A DNA stretch of 64,000 nucleotides from an uncultured Acidobacteriota bacterium. Its GTDB lineage: Bacteria > Acidobacteriota > UBA6911. The notes beneath the pieces were generated by a model, which was given only the letters and a program-made list of their open reading frames with translations, was not told where the DNA came from and did no database searches. Positions 46,301 through 57,406 of the stretch are shown piece by piece; the stretch's first letter is position 1; each line of letters starts with the position of its first letter. The translations under genes and the position numbers were made by a program. The stretch lies in assembly GCA_963809485.1 (NCBI GenBank), contig CAWEJX010000001.1:128001-192000 (forward strand), in the 5' to 3' direction.

Positions 46301-47697
46301 GCATTGCAGAGGCCCTCGATGAGGGCGGATTCCTGTTCCGGGAACACTGTCCGCAGATCCACGAGAAGCTTGTCTTCCTCCAGCCTGAGAATTATGGGCG
46401 TCCCTTGAGCGCGCAGCTTTAACTCGACTGCATTCGGGCTCAGGAGGCCGGGCTCGAGAGCTATCAGCATTGTGGGAAGTTCGCAATCGGGACACGATCC
46501 GCCGCCCACAACCGAGTTTCCTTTCAACAGATGAGCCTTTACTTCCTTGGGCAGCCGTGTCCGCAACCTGCGGGTAAACCGGCGCGCCCGCCTGCCCAGA
46601 TCCGCTTCAGTTGCCGCAATCATCCGCAGGATGGGGATTTCCTTTTCCGCTCTCCCAAATCTGTAGCTGTTGATCGTGGCCTCCAGCGCTCCGTAGATGA
46701 GCTTCTCAACCCTGTAAGTGCGCATGAGAGGATTCTTGCGAATGGGGTCTACCAGCCTTTTCGCTCCCGCGATGATTCCAGCCTGGGGTCCGCCCAGAAG
46801 TTTGTCTCCGCTGAAGCAGACCAGGTCCACTCCGGAGTCGAAGCTTTCCTTTATCAGCGGCTCGCCGTCGATTCCATAGGGCCGCAGATCCACCAGACAG
46901 CCGCTTCCGATATCTTCCACCAGCGGGATATTGGATTTGCGCGCAAGGCCGGCCAGTTCGTGCAGTTCGGGTCTTTCCGTAAATCCCCGCATTCTAAAAT
47001 TGCTCGGGTGTACCCGGAGCAGCAGAGCCGTGTTCGGGCCGATGGCATTCTGATAATCCTGAACCCGTGATTTATTGGTCGTGCCGATCTCGCGCAGGAT
47101 CGCTCCGCTGCGCGCAAGAATATCCGGAATGCGGAACGAACCGCCGATCTCGACCAGTTCTCCGCGGGATACTACCACCTCTCTTCCTGCAGCCAGGGTA
47201 TTCAGGATTAGAAACACGGCTGCCGCGTTGTTGTTGACAACGATTGCAGCCTCACAACCCAGCACCTCTCCCAGCAAGGGCTCCAGCAGTTTGTCCCGGT
47301 GGGATCTGCGTCCCGTATCAACATCATATTCCAGGTTGGTGTAAAAGGCGGAAAATGCCGATAAACTCTCTTGGGCGGCATCGGAAAGGGGCGCCCGGCC
47401 CAGATTGGTATGCAAAATGACGCCGGTTGCATTAATGACGGTGCGCAGGTTGGGAAGCAGGCGTTGCTGAAGCTTCCGGTCCAGCGCCTGATCCAGCCGT
47501 TCCGGGTCGATATCCCTTTCCGGATCGGCCCGGCCGGACCGGATTCCGTCCCGGATCTCCTGGAGGAGTTTCTGGATTTCGGAAACAACGAATTCGCGGC
47601 TGGTGCGCTTCACCCAGGAGGCCACCGAAGGCCGCAACAGAAGTTGGTCTACTGCCGGAATTTTCCGGAGGCTATCTTGTTGAGGGGCTGTGTCCAT
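46285..47697 (-). CDS. selA: L-seryl-tRNA(Sec) selenium transferase
   Basis: VINATGVILHTNLGRA, VNNNAAA, VEIGGSFRIP, FSGDKLLGGPQAG. Confidence 0.97.
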   Translation of the reverse strand: MDTAPQQDSLRKIPAVDQLLLRPSVASWVKRTSREFVVSEIQKLLQEIRDGIRSGRADPERDIDPERLDQALDRKLQQRLLPNLRTVINATGVILHTNLGRAPLSDAAQESLSAFSAFYTNLEYDVDTGRRSHRDKLLEPLLGEVLGCEAAIVVNNNAAAVFLILNTLAAGREVVVSRGELVEIGGSFRIPDILARSGAILREIGTTNKSRVQDYQNAIGPNTALLLRVHPSNFRMRGFTERPELHELAGLARKSNIPLVEDIGSGCLVDLRPYGIDGEPLIKESFDSGVDLVCFSGDKLLGGPQAGIIAGAKRLVDPIRKNPLMRTYRVEKLIYGALEATINSYRFGRAEKEIPILRMIAATEADLGRRARRFTRRLRTRLPKEVKAHLLKGNSVVGGGSCPDCELPTMLIALEPGLLSPNAVELKLRAQGTPIILRLEEDKLLVDLRTVFPEQESALIEGLCNAVVSG

Positions 47698-47813
47698 CGG
47701 GTTATTTCAACACAGCCTGATGAAGACTGTCAATTGGCGTTTGATTGCCCGGGCTCAACGGCTGATCGGCAGCCGCAATCAAAGCCCCAATCATTATCGA
47801 AGGCAGGGACACT

Positions 47814-48380
47814 GTGTACGACGAAGATCTCGCGAACCTTGAGGAATGGCTCCGCCGCCTGAAGATCGAGTACCATATCTTTTTTTCAGGCAACCGGAAG
47901 AAGCCCCCGGACGACCTCAAGCTTCGGGTGGAGAAACTTGTGAAGAAGCTGTCCGAGTGTTCGGACATGTCCCCTTCCCAGCGTTTTCGGTTCACCACGC
48001 TCATCACACGGTTTTATGTCTACCGGGATCTCTGGAGGCGTACGCTGCAGGAAAAAGAAATGGGGACGCACGCAACGGCAAAAACCGCCCCAGAAGCTCC
48101 GGGCCGCTCTTCGTCCGACATATCCCGGGCGGATGCCCTTCGCATCTCCCTCACAAATCCTGAGGCGGAGGGGGAAAAGGTTCAGGAGCTTTATCGCGCC
48201 CTTGTACACCTCAAACAGCCGGGCGGGAATGAAAAGCCGATCTCGTACGAGCAGTTTGCGCGCTATATTGCCGCACAGACTCAAGGCATCCGCAAAAAAT
48301 ACGGATGCCACGCTGTCGCATTCACCATTGCGCTGGAAAATGACTCTGTACGGTTTACTGCTGCTGCAGATAAATCCTAG
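47814..48380 (+). CDS. MXAN_5187 C-terminal-like domain protein
   Basis: [44 protein letters not shown] (family assigned from recall). Confidence 0.65.
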   Translation: MYDEDLANLEEWLRRLKIEYHIFFSGNRKKPPDDLKLRVEKLVKKLSECSDMSPSQRFRFTTLITRFYVYRDLWRRTLQEKEMGTHATAKTAPEAPGRSSSDISRADALRISLTNPEAEGEKVQELYRALVHLKQPGGNEKPISYEQFARYIAAQTQGIRKKYGCHAVAFTIALENDSVRFTAAADKS

Positions 48381-48613
48381 GCCTCGGCCTGCCGTTGAGG
48401 TTCAAGCCTTACCACATGTTCAGCCTGCGGGCCGCGCGGTCCCGCCTTAACGTCAAACTCGACCTGCTCGCCTTCGCGAAGTGTTCGATATCCCTTTTCC
48501 TGGATCGAGCTGTAGTGAACGAAAACATCTGTTCCCGCAGGTTGGGATATGAATCCGTACCCTTTGGTATTGTTGAACCACTTCACGGTGCCGGTAATTC
48601 TACTCATATACAT
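48377..48613 (-). CDS. Cold-shock domain protein
   Basis: [29 protein letters not shown]. Confidence 0.96.
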   Translation of the reverse strand: MYMSRITGTVKWFNNTKGYGFISQPAGTDVFVHYSSIQEKGYRTLREGEQVEFDVKAGPRGPQAEHVVRLEPQRQAEA

Positions 48614-48725
48614 TCCCCTTACAATACTTGAACACCCGCCGCATTGTCGCTCCGAAAGCCTGATATGCCGGGCTCAGGGCATGCGCAATGTAAGCTTTTT
48701 ATGCTGATTTAGATATTTTGAAAGT

Positions 48726-48755
48726 AGCCTAGACGAGCGGATTTGCGCTTGTCAA
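48726..48755 (-). promoter_or_regulatory. Sigma70-type promoter of the csp gene
   Basis: Minus strand TTGACA-18 bp-TAGGCT, giving a roughly 100-nt leader typical of csp genes. Confidence 0.55.
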
Positions 48756-48904
48756 GCATAAAATAATCGTTCATGGTTCCTATTTGCTATAGCACCGGTA
48801 CTTAGCGAGCCGTCATCGGGCCAATAAAACGCTCAGCCGCCTGCTGATTTCTTGAAATACAATGCGTATACTATTTTTTGATGCATTGCCCCGGGAGGTG
48901 ATCC

Positions 48905-50470
48905 ATGGTTTCGATACATCGAGCTCTGATAAGCGTTTCCGATAAGACCGGCTTATCAGAATTGGCGCAGTTTCTTCATAACATGGGAGTGCAGCTGATA
49001 TCAACCGGAGGAACGGCAACCTTCCTGCGGCAGCAAAAAATACCTGTGCTGGATGTCTCGGACTATACCGGATTCCCTGAGATCCTGGACGGCAGGGTGA
49101 AGACGCTGCATCCGAAGATCCACGGCGGCCTGCTGGCGATAAGAGATAAACCTTCCCATCAGGCTCAGATGCAGGCACAGGATATCCAGGCTATAGACAT
49201 GGTGATCGTCAATCTCTATCCGTTCCGCGAGACGGCGGCGCGTGAAGGCGTTTCGCATGCCGATGTGGTGGAGCAGATCGACATCGGCGGCCCCAGCATG
49301 GTTCGGTCGGCAGCCAAAAACCATGCCGGCGTCGCCGTTGTTACGGATCCGCGCGATTACGGCTGGATTATGGAAGAGATGAGAGACCGGGACGGTGCGC
49401 TGAGCGAGACCACCCGTTTTGTCCTGGCTCAAAAAGCCTTCGCCTCGACGGCTTCTTACGACAGCGCCATATCCGCCTATCTCGCCGAAAGAGTCTGGTG
49501 TCCCGAAGGACCCCAGAAGCAATCCGGAGCCTTGCCTTCTCTGGAAGTGCTGCCGCTGGAAAAGATCAGCGACCTGCGCTATGGCGAGAATCCTCACCAG
49601 CGCGCGGCGTTGTATCGCAGAATTTCTGAACCCTCCTTCGGCGTGGCGGGCGCGGAGTTTCTGCACGGGAAAGAACTGAGCTACAACAATCTCCTGGATT
49701 CCGACAGCGCCTGGAACCTGGTGCTGGAGTTCGACAAACCCGCCGCAGCCGTTATCAAACACACAAATCCCTGCGGCGTGGCGCAATCGGATGCGCTGGC
49801 TGAAGCCTATGCCCTGGCGCGGGACTGCGACCCCGTCTCGGCATTCGGGTCCGTCGTTGCTCTGAATCGTTCCGTCGACGCGGATACTGCGACGGAAATC
49901 AACAAAACCTTCGTGGAGGTGATTCTCGCACCGGATTTTTCGCAGGGCGCGCTTGCCGTTTTGGAGCAGAAAAAAAACATACGCCTGTTGCGCGTCAACC
50001 TGGATGCACCTTCGGCGCTTCAGCACCGCCAGATCGGCGGAGGCTTCCTGGTCCAGGACAAGGACGTGCACTACCTGCGGCCCGAGGACATAAAAACCGT
50101 GACCAGGCGCGCTCCTACGCCCGAGGAAATGGAAGCTCTGCTGTTTGGGTGGCGCGTGGTAAAACACGTAAAATCCAATGCCATTGTTTTCTCCAGCGCC
50201 TCGCGATTGCTTGGCATCGGCGCCGGCCAGACCAGCCGCGTGGATGCCGTGAAATGGGGCGCGATGAAAGCAACTCTTCCCCTGCAGGGTTGCGCGATGG
50301 CCTCAGATGCCTTTTTCCCATTTGCCGATGGGATATTGATTGCCACGAACTATGGAATACGCGCGATCATTCAGCCAGGCGGTTCAGTGCGCGACGCGGA
50401 AGCTATCGATGCGGCCAACGAACATGACATCGCCATGGTCTTTACCGGAATTCGACATTTCAAGCATTGA
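48905..50470 (+). CDS. purH: AICAR transformylase/IMP cyclohydrolase
   Basis: [43 protein letters not shown]. Confidence 0.98.
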   Translation: MVSIHRALISVSDKTGLSELAQFLHNMGVQLISTGGTATFLRQQKIPVLDVSDYTGFPEILDGRVKTLHPKIHGGLLAIRDKPSHQAQMQAQDIQAIDMVIVNLYPFRETAAREGVSHADVVEQIDIGGPSMVRSAAKNHAGVAVVTDPRDYGWIMEEMRDRDGALSETTRFVLAQKAFASTASYDSAISAYLAERVWCPEGPQKQSGALPSLEVLPLEKISDLRYGENPHQRAALYRRISEPSFGVAGAEFLHGKELSYNNLLDSDSAWNLVLEFDKPAAAVIKHTNPCGVAQSDALAEAYALARDCDPVSAFGSVVALNRSVDADTATEINKTFVEVILAPDFSQGALAVLEQKKNIRLLRVNLDAPSALQHRQIGGGFLVQDKDVHYLRPEDIKTVTRRAPTPEEMEALLFGWRVVKHVKSNAIVFSSASRLLGIGAGQTSRVDAVKWGAMKATLPLQGCAMASDAFFPFADGILIATNYGIRAIIQPGGSVRDAEAIDAANEHDIAMVFTGIRHFKH

Positions 50471-50532
50471 TGCGGCAATGAGTTGCGCAGACGGACAATC
50501 GGCCAAAAGCTTCACCTCGGATGAACCGCCAG

Positions 50533-50811
50533 ATGGGAAATGAATCCTCGGCAAATCTGCGGCATCCCGAATCCCCGCAAAATCCTCCCAAGCCCGGAGG
50601 TTTCCTGCGCTCGAGGCTGGCGGCTTTCTATCAGCGGCATGAGAGATATGCCGGAATAGCGGTTTTCGGTCTGGGCTTTCTCTGGGATTCGCTGACCCTG
50701 ACACGCGTCGAAGGCAAACCGAGGGGGGGGCGGGTCCTGGGCCGGATCGATTTCACAGTCATTGCCGGCTCGAGCCCCCATCCGCCGCTTGTGACGGGAC
50801 TGATCCGCTGA
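50533..50811 (+). pseudogene. Internally deleted DUF2914-type membrane protein
   Basis: N-terminal ERY..FGLGFLWDSLTLTRV is joined directly to C-terminal GRVLGRIDFTV (family from recall). Confidence 0.5.
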
Positions 50812-50945
50812 AAACAAAACCGATACCGCGAGGCGTCCGATTGCGGCAAATCCGGGGCGTCCGCCAATAGATAAAAAGGGCAAAAAAGAGGTTTGTTTGA
50901 TCACCGGCAGCCGGGTGTGCCACAATCATCCGGCACTTTAAAATT

Positions 50946-51680
50946 ATGAACTATTACAACTATTTCACGGAGATCGAGGATCATTTTGTGAAGAGGCGCG
51001 GGAAGCATCTGCTTCTCTCTCCCATGGACTGGGGATTGATTGCCTCCTGGCGTGATGCGGGTGTCCCCCTGCAGGTCGCACTTCGCGGCATCGATATCGC
51101 CATGGATAGCTTCATGGCGCGGCAAAGGCGCGGCAGCGCGAAAGTAAACAGCCTCTGTTATTGCCACGACAGCGTCATGTCGGAATTCGCCAGCTACGCC
51201 GAAGCTCACGTAGGGGAACACGTACCGGACACGCAAACCGATTCCGGAGATGAGCCAGCCGGGTCCGAGGCAAAAGATGAATCCCTCAAGAACGAGGTTT
51301 TGGGCCTGGTAGCCGCAAGAATCAGTGAAATAAAGGCGCTTTCCGCGAAACATACATTGAGCAGCCCGGTACCCGAAAGCATGGATCGGGTGCTGGCAAG
51401 GCTTGAGGAGATAATGCAGAGTCTGGAAGCAGAAAGCCGTGTCGACTCCGAATCCGTCGAAAGGGATCTTGGCATGGTCGACCGGCTTCTGATGGAAGGG
51501 CTCGGTGCGGCCGTGCCGCCCGAGGAGATGGTCGATTGGGAAAAAGAAGCCAAAAAGCAGCTAAAAATTTACAGGAAGAGGCTGCCCAAGGAAACCTATG
51601 AAAAGATCCTTGCGAATTTCATGCACAGCAAAATCCACAGCAAGTTCGGCATTGGCGAATTGAGCCTATTTCGCCTGTGA
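50946..51680 (+). CDS. Conserved hypothetical protein
   Basis: NYFTEIEDHFVKRRG..LSPMDWGLIASW..GVPL..LRGID; clean ORF co-oriented with rlmD. Confidence 0.75.
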   Translation: MNYYNYFTEIEDHFVKRRGKHLLLSPMDWGLIASWRDAGVPLQVALRGIDIAMDSFMARQRRGSAKVNSLCYCHDSVMSEFASYAEAHVGEHVPDTQTDSGDEPAGSEAKDESLKNEVLGLVAARISEIKALSAKHTLSSPVPESMDRVLARLEEIMQSLEAESRVDSESVERDLGMVDRLLMEGLGAAVPPEEMVDWEKEAKKQLKIYRKRLPKETYEKILANFMHSKIHSKFGIGELSLFRL

Positions 51681-51771
51681 GCCGAGGGTTAGCCTTCCTC
51701 AAGGAATTTTTCTGCGAGCCGGTGCCATGACGGAAAGCCAATGAGCAATCGGAGAATAGGATCAAGGACCT

Positions 51772-53025
51772 ATGAATAGGCCTGAAAGGGCAGTCAAGAC
51801 CTTCAAGACCAAGGTTGAGAAGCTCGTTTACGGGGGGGCGGGGCTGGGGCACTATCTTGGGAAAGTGGTTTTTGTGCCGTATTCCGTCCCCGGGGACCGG
51901 CTGCTTGTGCGTCCGGTCGAGATAAAGAAGACCTTCATCCGCGCTGAAATAGTCAGGATTTTGGAAGCTGGGAGCGGACGGGTGGCTCCTCCGTGCCCGC
52001 ATTTCGGAAAATGCGGCGGATGTCATTGGCAGCAATTGGAATACATGCGCCAGGTCGAGGCTAAGCGCATGATCCTTGAGGAAATATTCCGGCACCGGTT
52101 CCCGCAGTCGAGCGGCCTGGCGATCACCATGACCGCATGTACGCATCCTTTTGAGTACAGATCCAGGGCGCGCATCCAGGTGCGGGGGTGCGGAGCAGGG
52201 GCGAAGGTTGGATTTTTCCGGCAGGGGTCCCACGCCGTCGAGGACATCGAGAGTTGCCCTCTGTTTAGGCCTTCGCTGAACGAGGCCCTGGGTTCGCTGC
52301 GCCAGTTCAAGCTGAAGGTTGATACGGATTCTGCTGCCCAGGAAATGGATATAGCCTGTTCCGAAGAGGAAAATTCCTGGGCCACAGCCAGGTTGGGATC
52401 CAACCTCAACCAGGGAGTTTCAACTTTGATCGGGCCCGGAAGGAATGAAGAGGTCCTTCTGCGAAGAAGTATCGGTGAATTCAGGTATGCCGTAACGGCT
52501 TCCGTATTCTTCCAGGCCAACGATTTCATGGTCCACGAACTGTCGGCGCTGGTTCGAAAGGCTGCCCGAGGCGCCGGCCATGGAACTGCTCTTGAGTTCT
52601 TCGCCGGTGCAGGTCTCTTCTCCTTGCCTTTGGCCCGTCAGTTCAGCAAGGTCCTGGCGGTTGATAATTCTCCCTCCGCATGCCGGCTCTGCTCTGCCAA
52701 TGCCTCCGCGGCCGGGCTCGACCATATTCAGGCCATTTGCGCCGACATATCCGAATGGATGAAATCCGAAGAGTCTTTCTCACTGCCCGAAGTGGATCTT
52801 GTTGTGCTGGATCCGCCGCGCACCGGAGCCGGTGTGGTAGTTATGGAGCGGATCCAAAAGTGGGCTCCCAAAATCATCATCTACGTATCCTGCGACCCTC
52901 AGACTCTCGCCAGGGATCTTGCCGGGCTTTCCGGCCGCAACTACAGAATAGACCTCGTACAGGGGCTCGACATGTTCCCCCAGACCTATCATTTCGAAAC
53001 GGTTGTGCGCCTGGTCAAAGCATAG
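51772..53025 (+). CDS. RlmD/TrmA family RNA m5U methyltransferase
   Basis: TRAM domain, CPHFGKCGGC, FFQAN, LDPPRTG, YVSCDP, DMFPQTYHFE. Confidence 0.93.
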   Translation: MNRPERAVKTFKTKVEKLVYGGAGLGHYLGKVVFVPYSVPGDRLLVRPVEIKKTFIRAEIVRILEAGSGRVAPPCPHFGKCGGCHWQQLEYMRQVEAKRMILEEIFRHRFPQSSGLAITMTACTHPFEYRSRARIQVRGCGAGAKVGFFRQGSHAVEDIESCPLFRPSLNEALGSLRQFKLKVDTDSAAQEMDIACSEEENSWATARLGSNLNQGVSTLIGPGRNEEVLLRRSIGEFRYAVTASVFFQANDFMVHELSALVRKAARGAGHGTALEFFAGAGLFSLPLARQFSKVLAVDNSPSACRLCSANASAAGLDHIQAICADISEWMKSEESFSLPEVDLVVLDPPRTGAGVVVMERIQKWAPKIIIYVSCDPQTLARDLAGLSGRNYRIDLVQGLDMFPQTYHFETVVRLVKA

Positions 53026-53090
53026 GCATCTGCGATTGAAGCTCGGAAGATCTCTTCGGGTGATAACCGGAAGCGACCCGGATGTAAGTC

Positions 53091-55820
53091 ATGGATCGAG
53101 CCAATCCAGATTCCGATTTCAAAGCGTCCATCGTATACCGTCAATCCGGCATGCCGGCCGCCGCCGCAGTACTGGCCTTCTCTCTGGGGATCGGTTTCTC
53201 ACTGCTTATCAGCGAATACTCGTTTGCCGGCCTGGCGCTGGCAGGCGCCTCCCTTGCCGGTGCATCTTTCCTGGCGCTGCGCAAGGGTCGTCTGAGTTTG
53301 GCGCTGGCCCTCGGGCTTGCAGCCGTCGGCCTGGGCGGAATGCTGATGGCGATTGCGCAGCGCGACGGCTTTTCGGATGCCGATCTTCGCTCTCTGTTGC
53401 CGCGGCGCGCCTTCAGGCTGGATGAGCCGGTTTCTTTCGAGGGGTGCGTGGCAGATGACAGTGTCAAGCGGGGCGACGAGAGCACGGCCGTCGTCGATAT
53501 GCGTGCATTCCTTCAAAATGGCCGATGGATTCCATGCAAGGGCAAGGGCTTAATCCGCATAGCCGCGATCAAAGCCGGAACCTCTTCTGCAGCCGATGCA
53601 AATCTTCTGCAGGGCGACAGGGTTCGGGGATGGGCCGTCTGGCATATACCCCGCAACTATGGCAATCCGGGGTCCGTCGACCGAAAAGCTTCCCTCGCAC
53701 GGCGCGGAATTTTCATCATCGGCAGAGTCAAGTCGCCCCGCCTCCTGGAAACAGTCCCCGGAGGCTGTGCCAGCCCATGGACAAAGCCCGCGGTCTCGGT
53801 ACGGGAGCATGTGCGCAACAGCTTCGCGCCGATTGGCGCAATGAGAGACCGGCAACCGGCGGCCATCCTGGCCAGTTTGACCGTCGGGGATTATTCAGGG
53901 CTGGATACCGGCACTCGGGAAGTCTTTCAAAATTCGGGGACATTTCATGTCCTGATTGTTTCGGGGCTTCACGTGGCATGGATTGCCGGAGTGCTGCTTC
54001 TTTTTCTAAAATGGGCCGGCGTACCGGAACGTATCCGTTATCTGCTGGCCGCGCTCGTGATATATTTCTACACCCTCGTGGTCGGCTTTCAGGCAAGCAT
54101 CACCCGCTGCCTCTGGATGTTCATTCTCTACCTGCTTGGCCGATTTATTCTGCGCAGGGCCTCTGCGGCAAACATCCTGTGCGCCTCAGCACTGCTCCTG
54201 CTGGCCGCGAAGCCGGACTGGCTGCTCGAAGCGGGATTCCAGCTTTCCTTCCTCTCCGTCACAGCCATCGCCCTGACCGCGGCGCCGGCTATCGAGAACC
54301 ATTTGAGGCCGTTGCTGGAGCCTTTGCGGCATGCCGGGGATCCCGCTCGCCTGTTTCTTAAGCCCGGGCGCTGGCATCGACTGGGCCGGAGTCTTCGGAC
54401 ACGGGGCGAGATCCTCGTGGAAAGCATTTCGGAGGTTCTCCACCCTGTCGCGTCGGCGGTGCTATTCCGGGCTTACAGGGTGACGGCCGGCGCGATCATG
54501 GCCGCCGGCAGCGTGGTTTTGGTGTCGATTGCCATTCAGTTCTGGATTGAACCGGTTCTCGCCTGCCGCTTCAACCGCATGAGCTGGATATCTCCATTTT
54601 CCAATCTGTTGATCATTCCTCTCTCCTCTTTAACCCTGGCCGCAGGCCTGGCCGCCTCACTCCTGGAGGAAACACCCTATTTCGGGAAAGCACTCCTGCA
54701 CTGTGCCGGCTTGCTGGCTTCCCTGCTATCCCGTGGAGCGGCCTGGACAGCAGCTTTGGCCGGCGCGTGGCAGCGCTGCCCGACGCCCACTGCACCCTGG
54801 ATTGTTGCGGGCATACTGCTCCTTTTTGCCTGGGGTTTTTTTCGTTGGCGGCACGCATGGATTCCATATTCCTATATCCTGATCCTGCTTGCCTGCCTGT
54901 CGCTCGGATCCGCCCCGGGCCTTGGAATCCTGATCCGCGGATGCGAGTCGCTGACTCGCGGCAGTCCTGAAGTGTTCTGGCCGGAAAATGCGCCTGTTTT
55001 GAGCTTTACGTTCCTCGATGTGGGCGAAGGAGACTCCGCCTTTATTCGTTTTCCCGATGGACGGAAATGGCTTGTGGACGCGGGAGGTCTGCTGCAGGGG
55101 GCTTCCAGGGATGATAATGCCTATGCTTTCGATATAGGCGAAGCCGTTGTGAGCCGCTATCTATGGCACGCCTGGATCACCCGGCTGGACCGTTTAATTC
55201 TTTCCCACACGGACCTCGATCACGCGGGCGGAGCTCCCTCGATCCTGAAGAATTTCAGGGTTAGGAGATTGGATTGCCTGCAGTCGGATCCGCGTATGGT
55301 TCCCGACAGGATACTGACTGCCGCCCGTCAGAGGCGGACGGCCGCAAATCAGCCATGTGCAGGCGTCGGGGAAAGAGTGGGCCCGGTGCAGGTGCGGGTT
55401 CTCCATCCCCCTGCCGACTTCAAATCGGCCTCATCCAATGACAACTCCATAGTGCTCGAATTTGCATTCAAGCGATTCTCGGCTCTTCTGAATGGAGACC
55501 TGGAAAAGTCCGGAGAAGCGGAAGTTCTATCTCGCTCGAGCGACCTGCAGGGCCTCCTGCTCAAGGTCGCGCACCATGGAAGCCGCTCCGCAACAACGAA
55601 TGCTCTCCTCGAGCGCGCTGGAACGCGCTGGGCCATAATATCGGCTGGCCGAAACAATCCCTACGGCCATCCTTCATCGGAAGTCATGGACCGACTTCAG
55701 CGCCACGGAGCGCGAACTTTTCTGACAATGAACGAAGGAGCCATCACTTTTGAAACCGATGGCGAAGCTTACGTCATCAGCAGTTATATGCGCGGAGTTT
55801 TGGAGAGCGGGGAATTGTAG
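53091..55820 (+). CDS. comEC: ComEC/Rec2 DNA uptake channel
   Basis: HVLIVSGLH, GFQLSF, MBL domain (LDVGEGD, SHTDLDH, KVAHHGS, NPYGHP). Confidence 0.93.
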   Translation: MDRANPDSDFKASIVYRQSGMPAAAAVLAFSLGIGFSLLISEYSFAGLALAGASLAGASFLALRKGRLSLALALGLAAVGLGGMLMAIAQRDGFSDADLRSLLPRRAFRLDEPVSFEGCVADDSVKRGDESTAVVDMRAFLQNGRWIPCKGKGLIRIAAIKAGTSSAADANLLQGDRVRGWAVWHIPRNYGNPGSVDRKASLARRGIFIIGRVKSPRLLETVPGGCASPWTKPAVSVREHVRNSFAPIGAMRDRQPAAILASLTVGDYSGLDTGTREVFQNSGTFHVLIVSGLHVAWIAGVLLLFLKWAGVPERIRYLLAALVIYFYTLVVGFQASITRCLWMFILYLLGRFILRRASAANILCASALLLLAAKPDWLLEAGFQLSFLSVTAIALTAAPAIENHLRPLLEPLRHAGDPARLFLKPGRWHRLGRSLRTRGEILVESISEVLHPVASAVLFRAYRVTAGAIMAAGSVVLVSIAIQFWIEPVLACRFNRMSWISPFSNLLIIPLSSLTLAAGLAASLLEETPYFGKALLHCAGLLASLLSRGAAWTAALAGAWQRCPTPTAPWIVAGILLLFAWGFFRWRHAWIPYSYILILLACLSLGSAPGLGILIRGCESLTRGSPEVFWPENAPVLSFTFLDVGEGDSAFIRFPDGRKWLVDAGGLLQGASRDDNAYAFDIGEAVVSRYLWHAWITRLDRLILSHTDLDHAGGAPSILKNFRVRRLDCLQSDPRMVPDRILTAARQRRTAANQPCAGVGERVGPVQVRVLHPPADFKSASSNDNSIVLEFAFKRFSALLNGDLEKSGEAEVLSRSSDLQGLLLKVAHHGSRSATTNALLERAGTRWAIISAGRNNPYGHPSSEVMDRLQRHGARTFLTMNEGAITFETDGEAYVISSYMRGVLESGEL

Positions 55821-55879
55821 TGGTTAGTGGTTAGTGTAATTACGAATGGCGAATTGCATGCAATTCGCCATTCGTAATT
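55818..55879. repeat. (TAGTGGT) heptamers over the comEC stop, followed by a 42-bp perfect palindrome
   Basis: tagtggttagtggttagtg, then aattacgaatggcgaattgca|tgcaattcgccattcgtaatt (55838-55879). Confidence 0.85.
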
Positions 55880-55884
55880 TGTCA

Positions 55885-56216
55885 TTAGTTTATGATCAGA
55901 ATCTGGCCCGACATCCCCTGTTCATAAGTGCTCCAGCCTGAATTCATCCAGTAAGGGCACCTATGGAGGATAGCTTCGATACGGCGGATTTTGCCTTCCT
56001 CGACTTTAAACAATTCCGCAACTTGCCAGGTCCATGGTTCGGCGGGGCCGGCTACCACGTCCCGTCCATCGGGAGTCCTAAAATAACGCGATTTGCCTGC
56101 CGCGCGGTCGAAGAAACAAAAAATGAACACGATCCACCGCCACAAAACGGCGATCGCGGATGTGCGCTGCAAAGTGAATGAGTCCGGATTCGAATGGCTC
56201 CCTGCAGCCCCATGCC
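55885..56216 (-). pseudogene. C-terminal remnant of a secreted protein resembling the 45046 family
   Basis: CREPFESGLIHFAAHIRDRRFVAVDR, a frameshift, then FFD..ELFKVEEGKIRRIEA; no N-terminus. Confidence 0.55.
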
Positions 56217-56416
56217 AATGAATAAACGGCCGACGTTCGCGGATCCGGCCTTTTCTAACCGGGTTTCAAAGGAACGTTGGTCGCGCGCCCGCCGAAATGT
56301 TCAGGCAGCCGGCAAGACATTTAACGATGAGCCTTGGGCAACCCGATGGGCAGATTCGGGGCCGTCAATTCGGGGTTTGGGCCCTCGAATCTCGACGCAA
56401 TTCAGGACCGCCGGCT

Positions 56417-57406
56417 TTATTTGCGCGACATGATCGCGCGCATGTATTGCGCCCGCTCAAAGGCTGCAGGATCGGCGCAGTACTTCTGGCTCATGGTCCC
56501 CTGAAGCTGACGAACCGACTGGTAATCATGATCGGTCAGCCAGTTGGACATCTCCGTTTCCATTTCCCGGATCACGGAGAGTCCTTTGCTGAGAAGAACC
56601 GAACAAAGCATTGTGACATCGGCACCGACCATCAGCATCTTCAGGGCGTCCTTGCCGCTATGAATTCCGGTAGTTGCCGCAAGGTCGGCCTTGACGCGGC
56701 CGAACAGGATTGCAATCCAGCGCAGAGGCAGACGCATCTCGTGAGCTGTGCTGAGTTGGATGTTCGTCTGAACCTCAAGGTCTTCCAGGCTGATGTCCGG
56801 CTGATAGAATCGGTTGAACAGAACCAGGCCATCCGCTCCCGCCTGATCCAGCCGTTTCGCCATGTTGGCCATATTGCTGAAAAAGGGGCTCAATTTAACG
56901 GCCACGGGGATGCTGACGACCGATTTGACCGCCGTCACTATGTCAAGGCAGGACTGCTCGATTTCGATCGACGTCCGGTCCATCTCCGTCGGGATGGAAT
57001 AGACGTTGAGTTCGAGTGCATCCGCGCCGGCCTGCTGGATCTTTTTTGAGTAGTCGATCCAGCCGCCGATCGCCGTGCCATTCAGGCTGGCGATAATCGG
57101 CAGGCGCACGGCTTCTTTGGCTTTTCTTATCTTGCCAAGATATTCCTCGGGCCCTGTGACGAATTCGGCCGGCTTCGGGAAAAAGGACTGGGCTTCGGCA
57201 AAACTGTCGGTCCCGTACATCAGGTGATATTGAATGTCATCCTGCTCGCTTCTCACCTGCTCCTCGAAGACCGAGTGCAGTACGACAGCGGAAGCGCCGG
57301 CGTCCTCCATGCGTTTAATGTTGTCCAGTTCGTCTGAAAGCGGCGAGGCAGAAGGCACCAATGGGGTGCGCAAATTCAATCCTAGGTATCTGGTGGTCAA
57401 ATCCAT
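56417..57406 (-). CDS. Dihydroorotate dehydrogenase-like flavoprotein
   Basis: DLTTRYLGLNLRTPL, GADALELN, VKLSPFF, LFNRFYQPD, AFERAQY. Confidence 0.88.
   Translation of the reverse strand: MDLTTRYLGLNLRTPLVPSASPLSDELDNIKRMEDAGASAVVLHSVFEEQVRSEQDDIQYHLMYGTDSFAEAQSFFPKPAEFVTGPEEYLGKIRKAKEAVRLPIIASLNGTAIGGWIDYSKKIQQAGADALELNVYSIPTEMDRTSIEIEQSCLDIVTAVKSVVSIPVAVKLSPFFSNMANMAKRLDQAGADGLVLFNRFYQPDISLEDLEVQTNIQLSTAHEMRLPLRWIAILFGRVKADLAATTGIHSGKDALKMLMVGADVTMLCSVLLSKGLSVIREMETEMSNWLTDHDYQSVRQLQGTMSQKYCADPAAFERAQYMRAIMSRK

Noticed and set aside
46285-47697. Selenoprotein, selB/selD or tRNA-Sec near selA
   Set aside because: No in-frame TGA at a catalytic Cys position and no tRNA-like sequence were recognised in the window.
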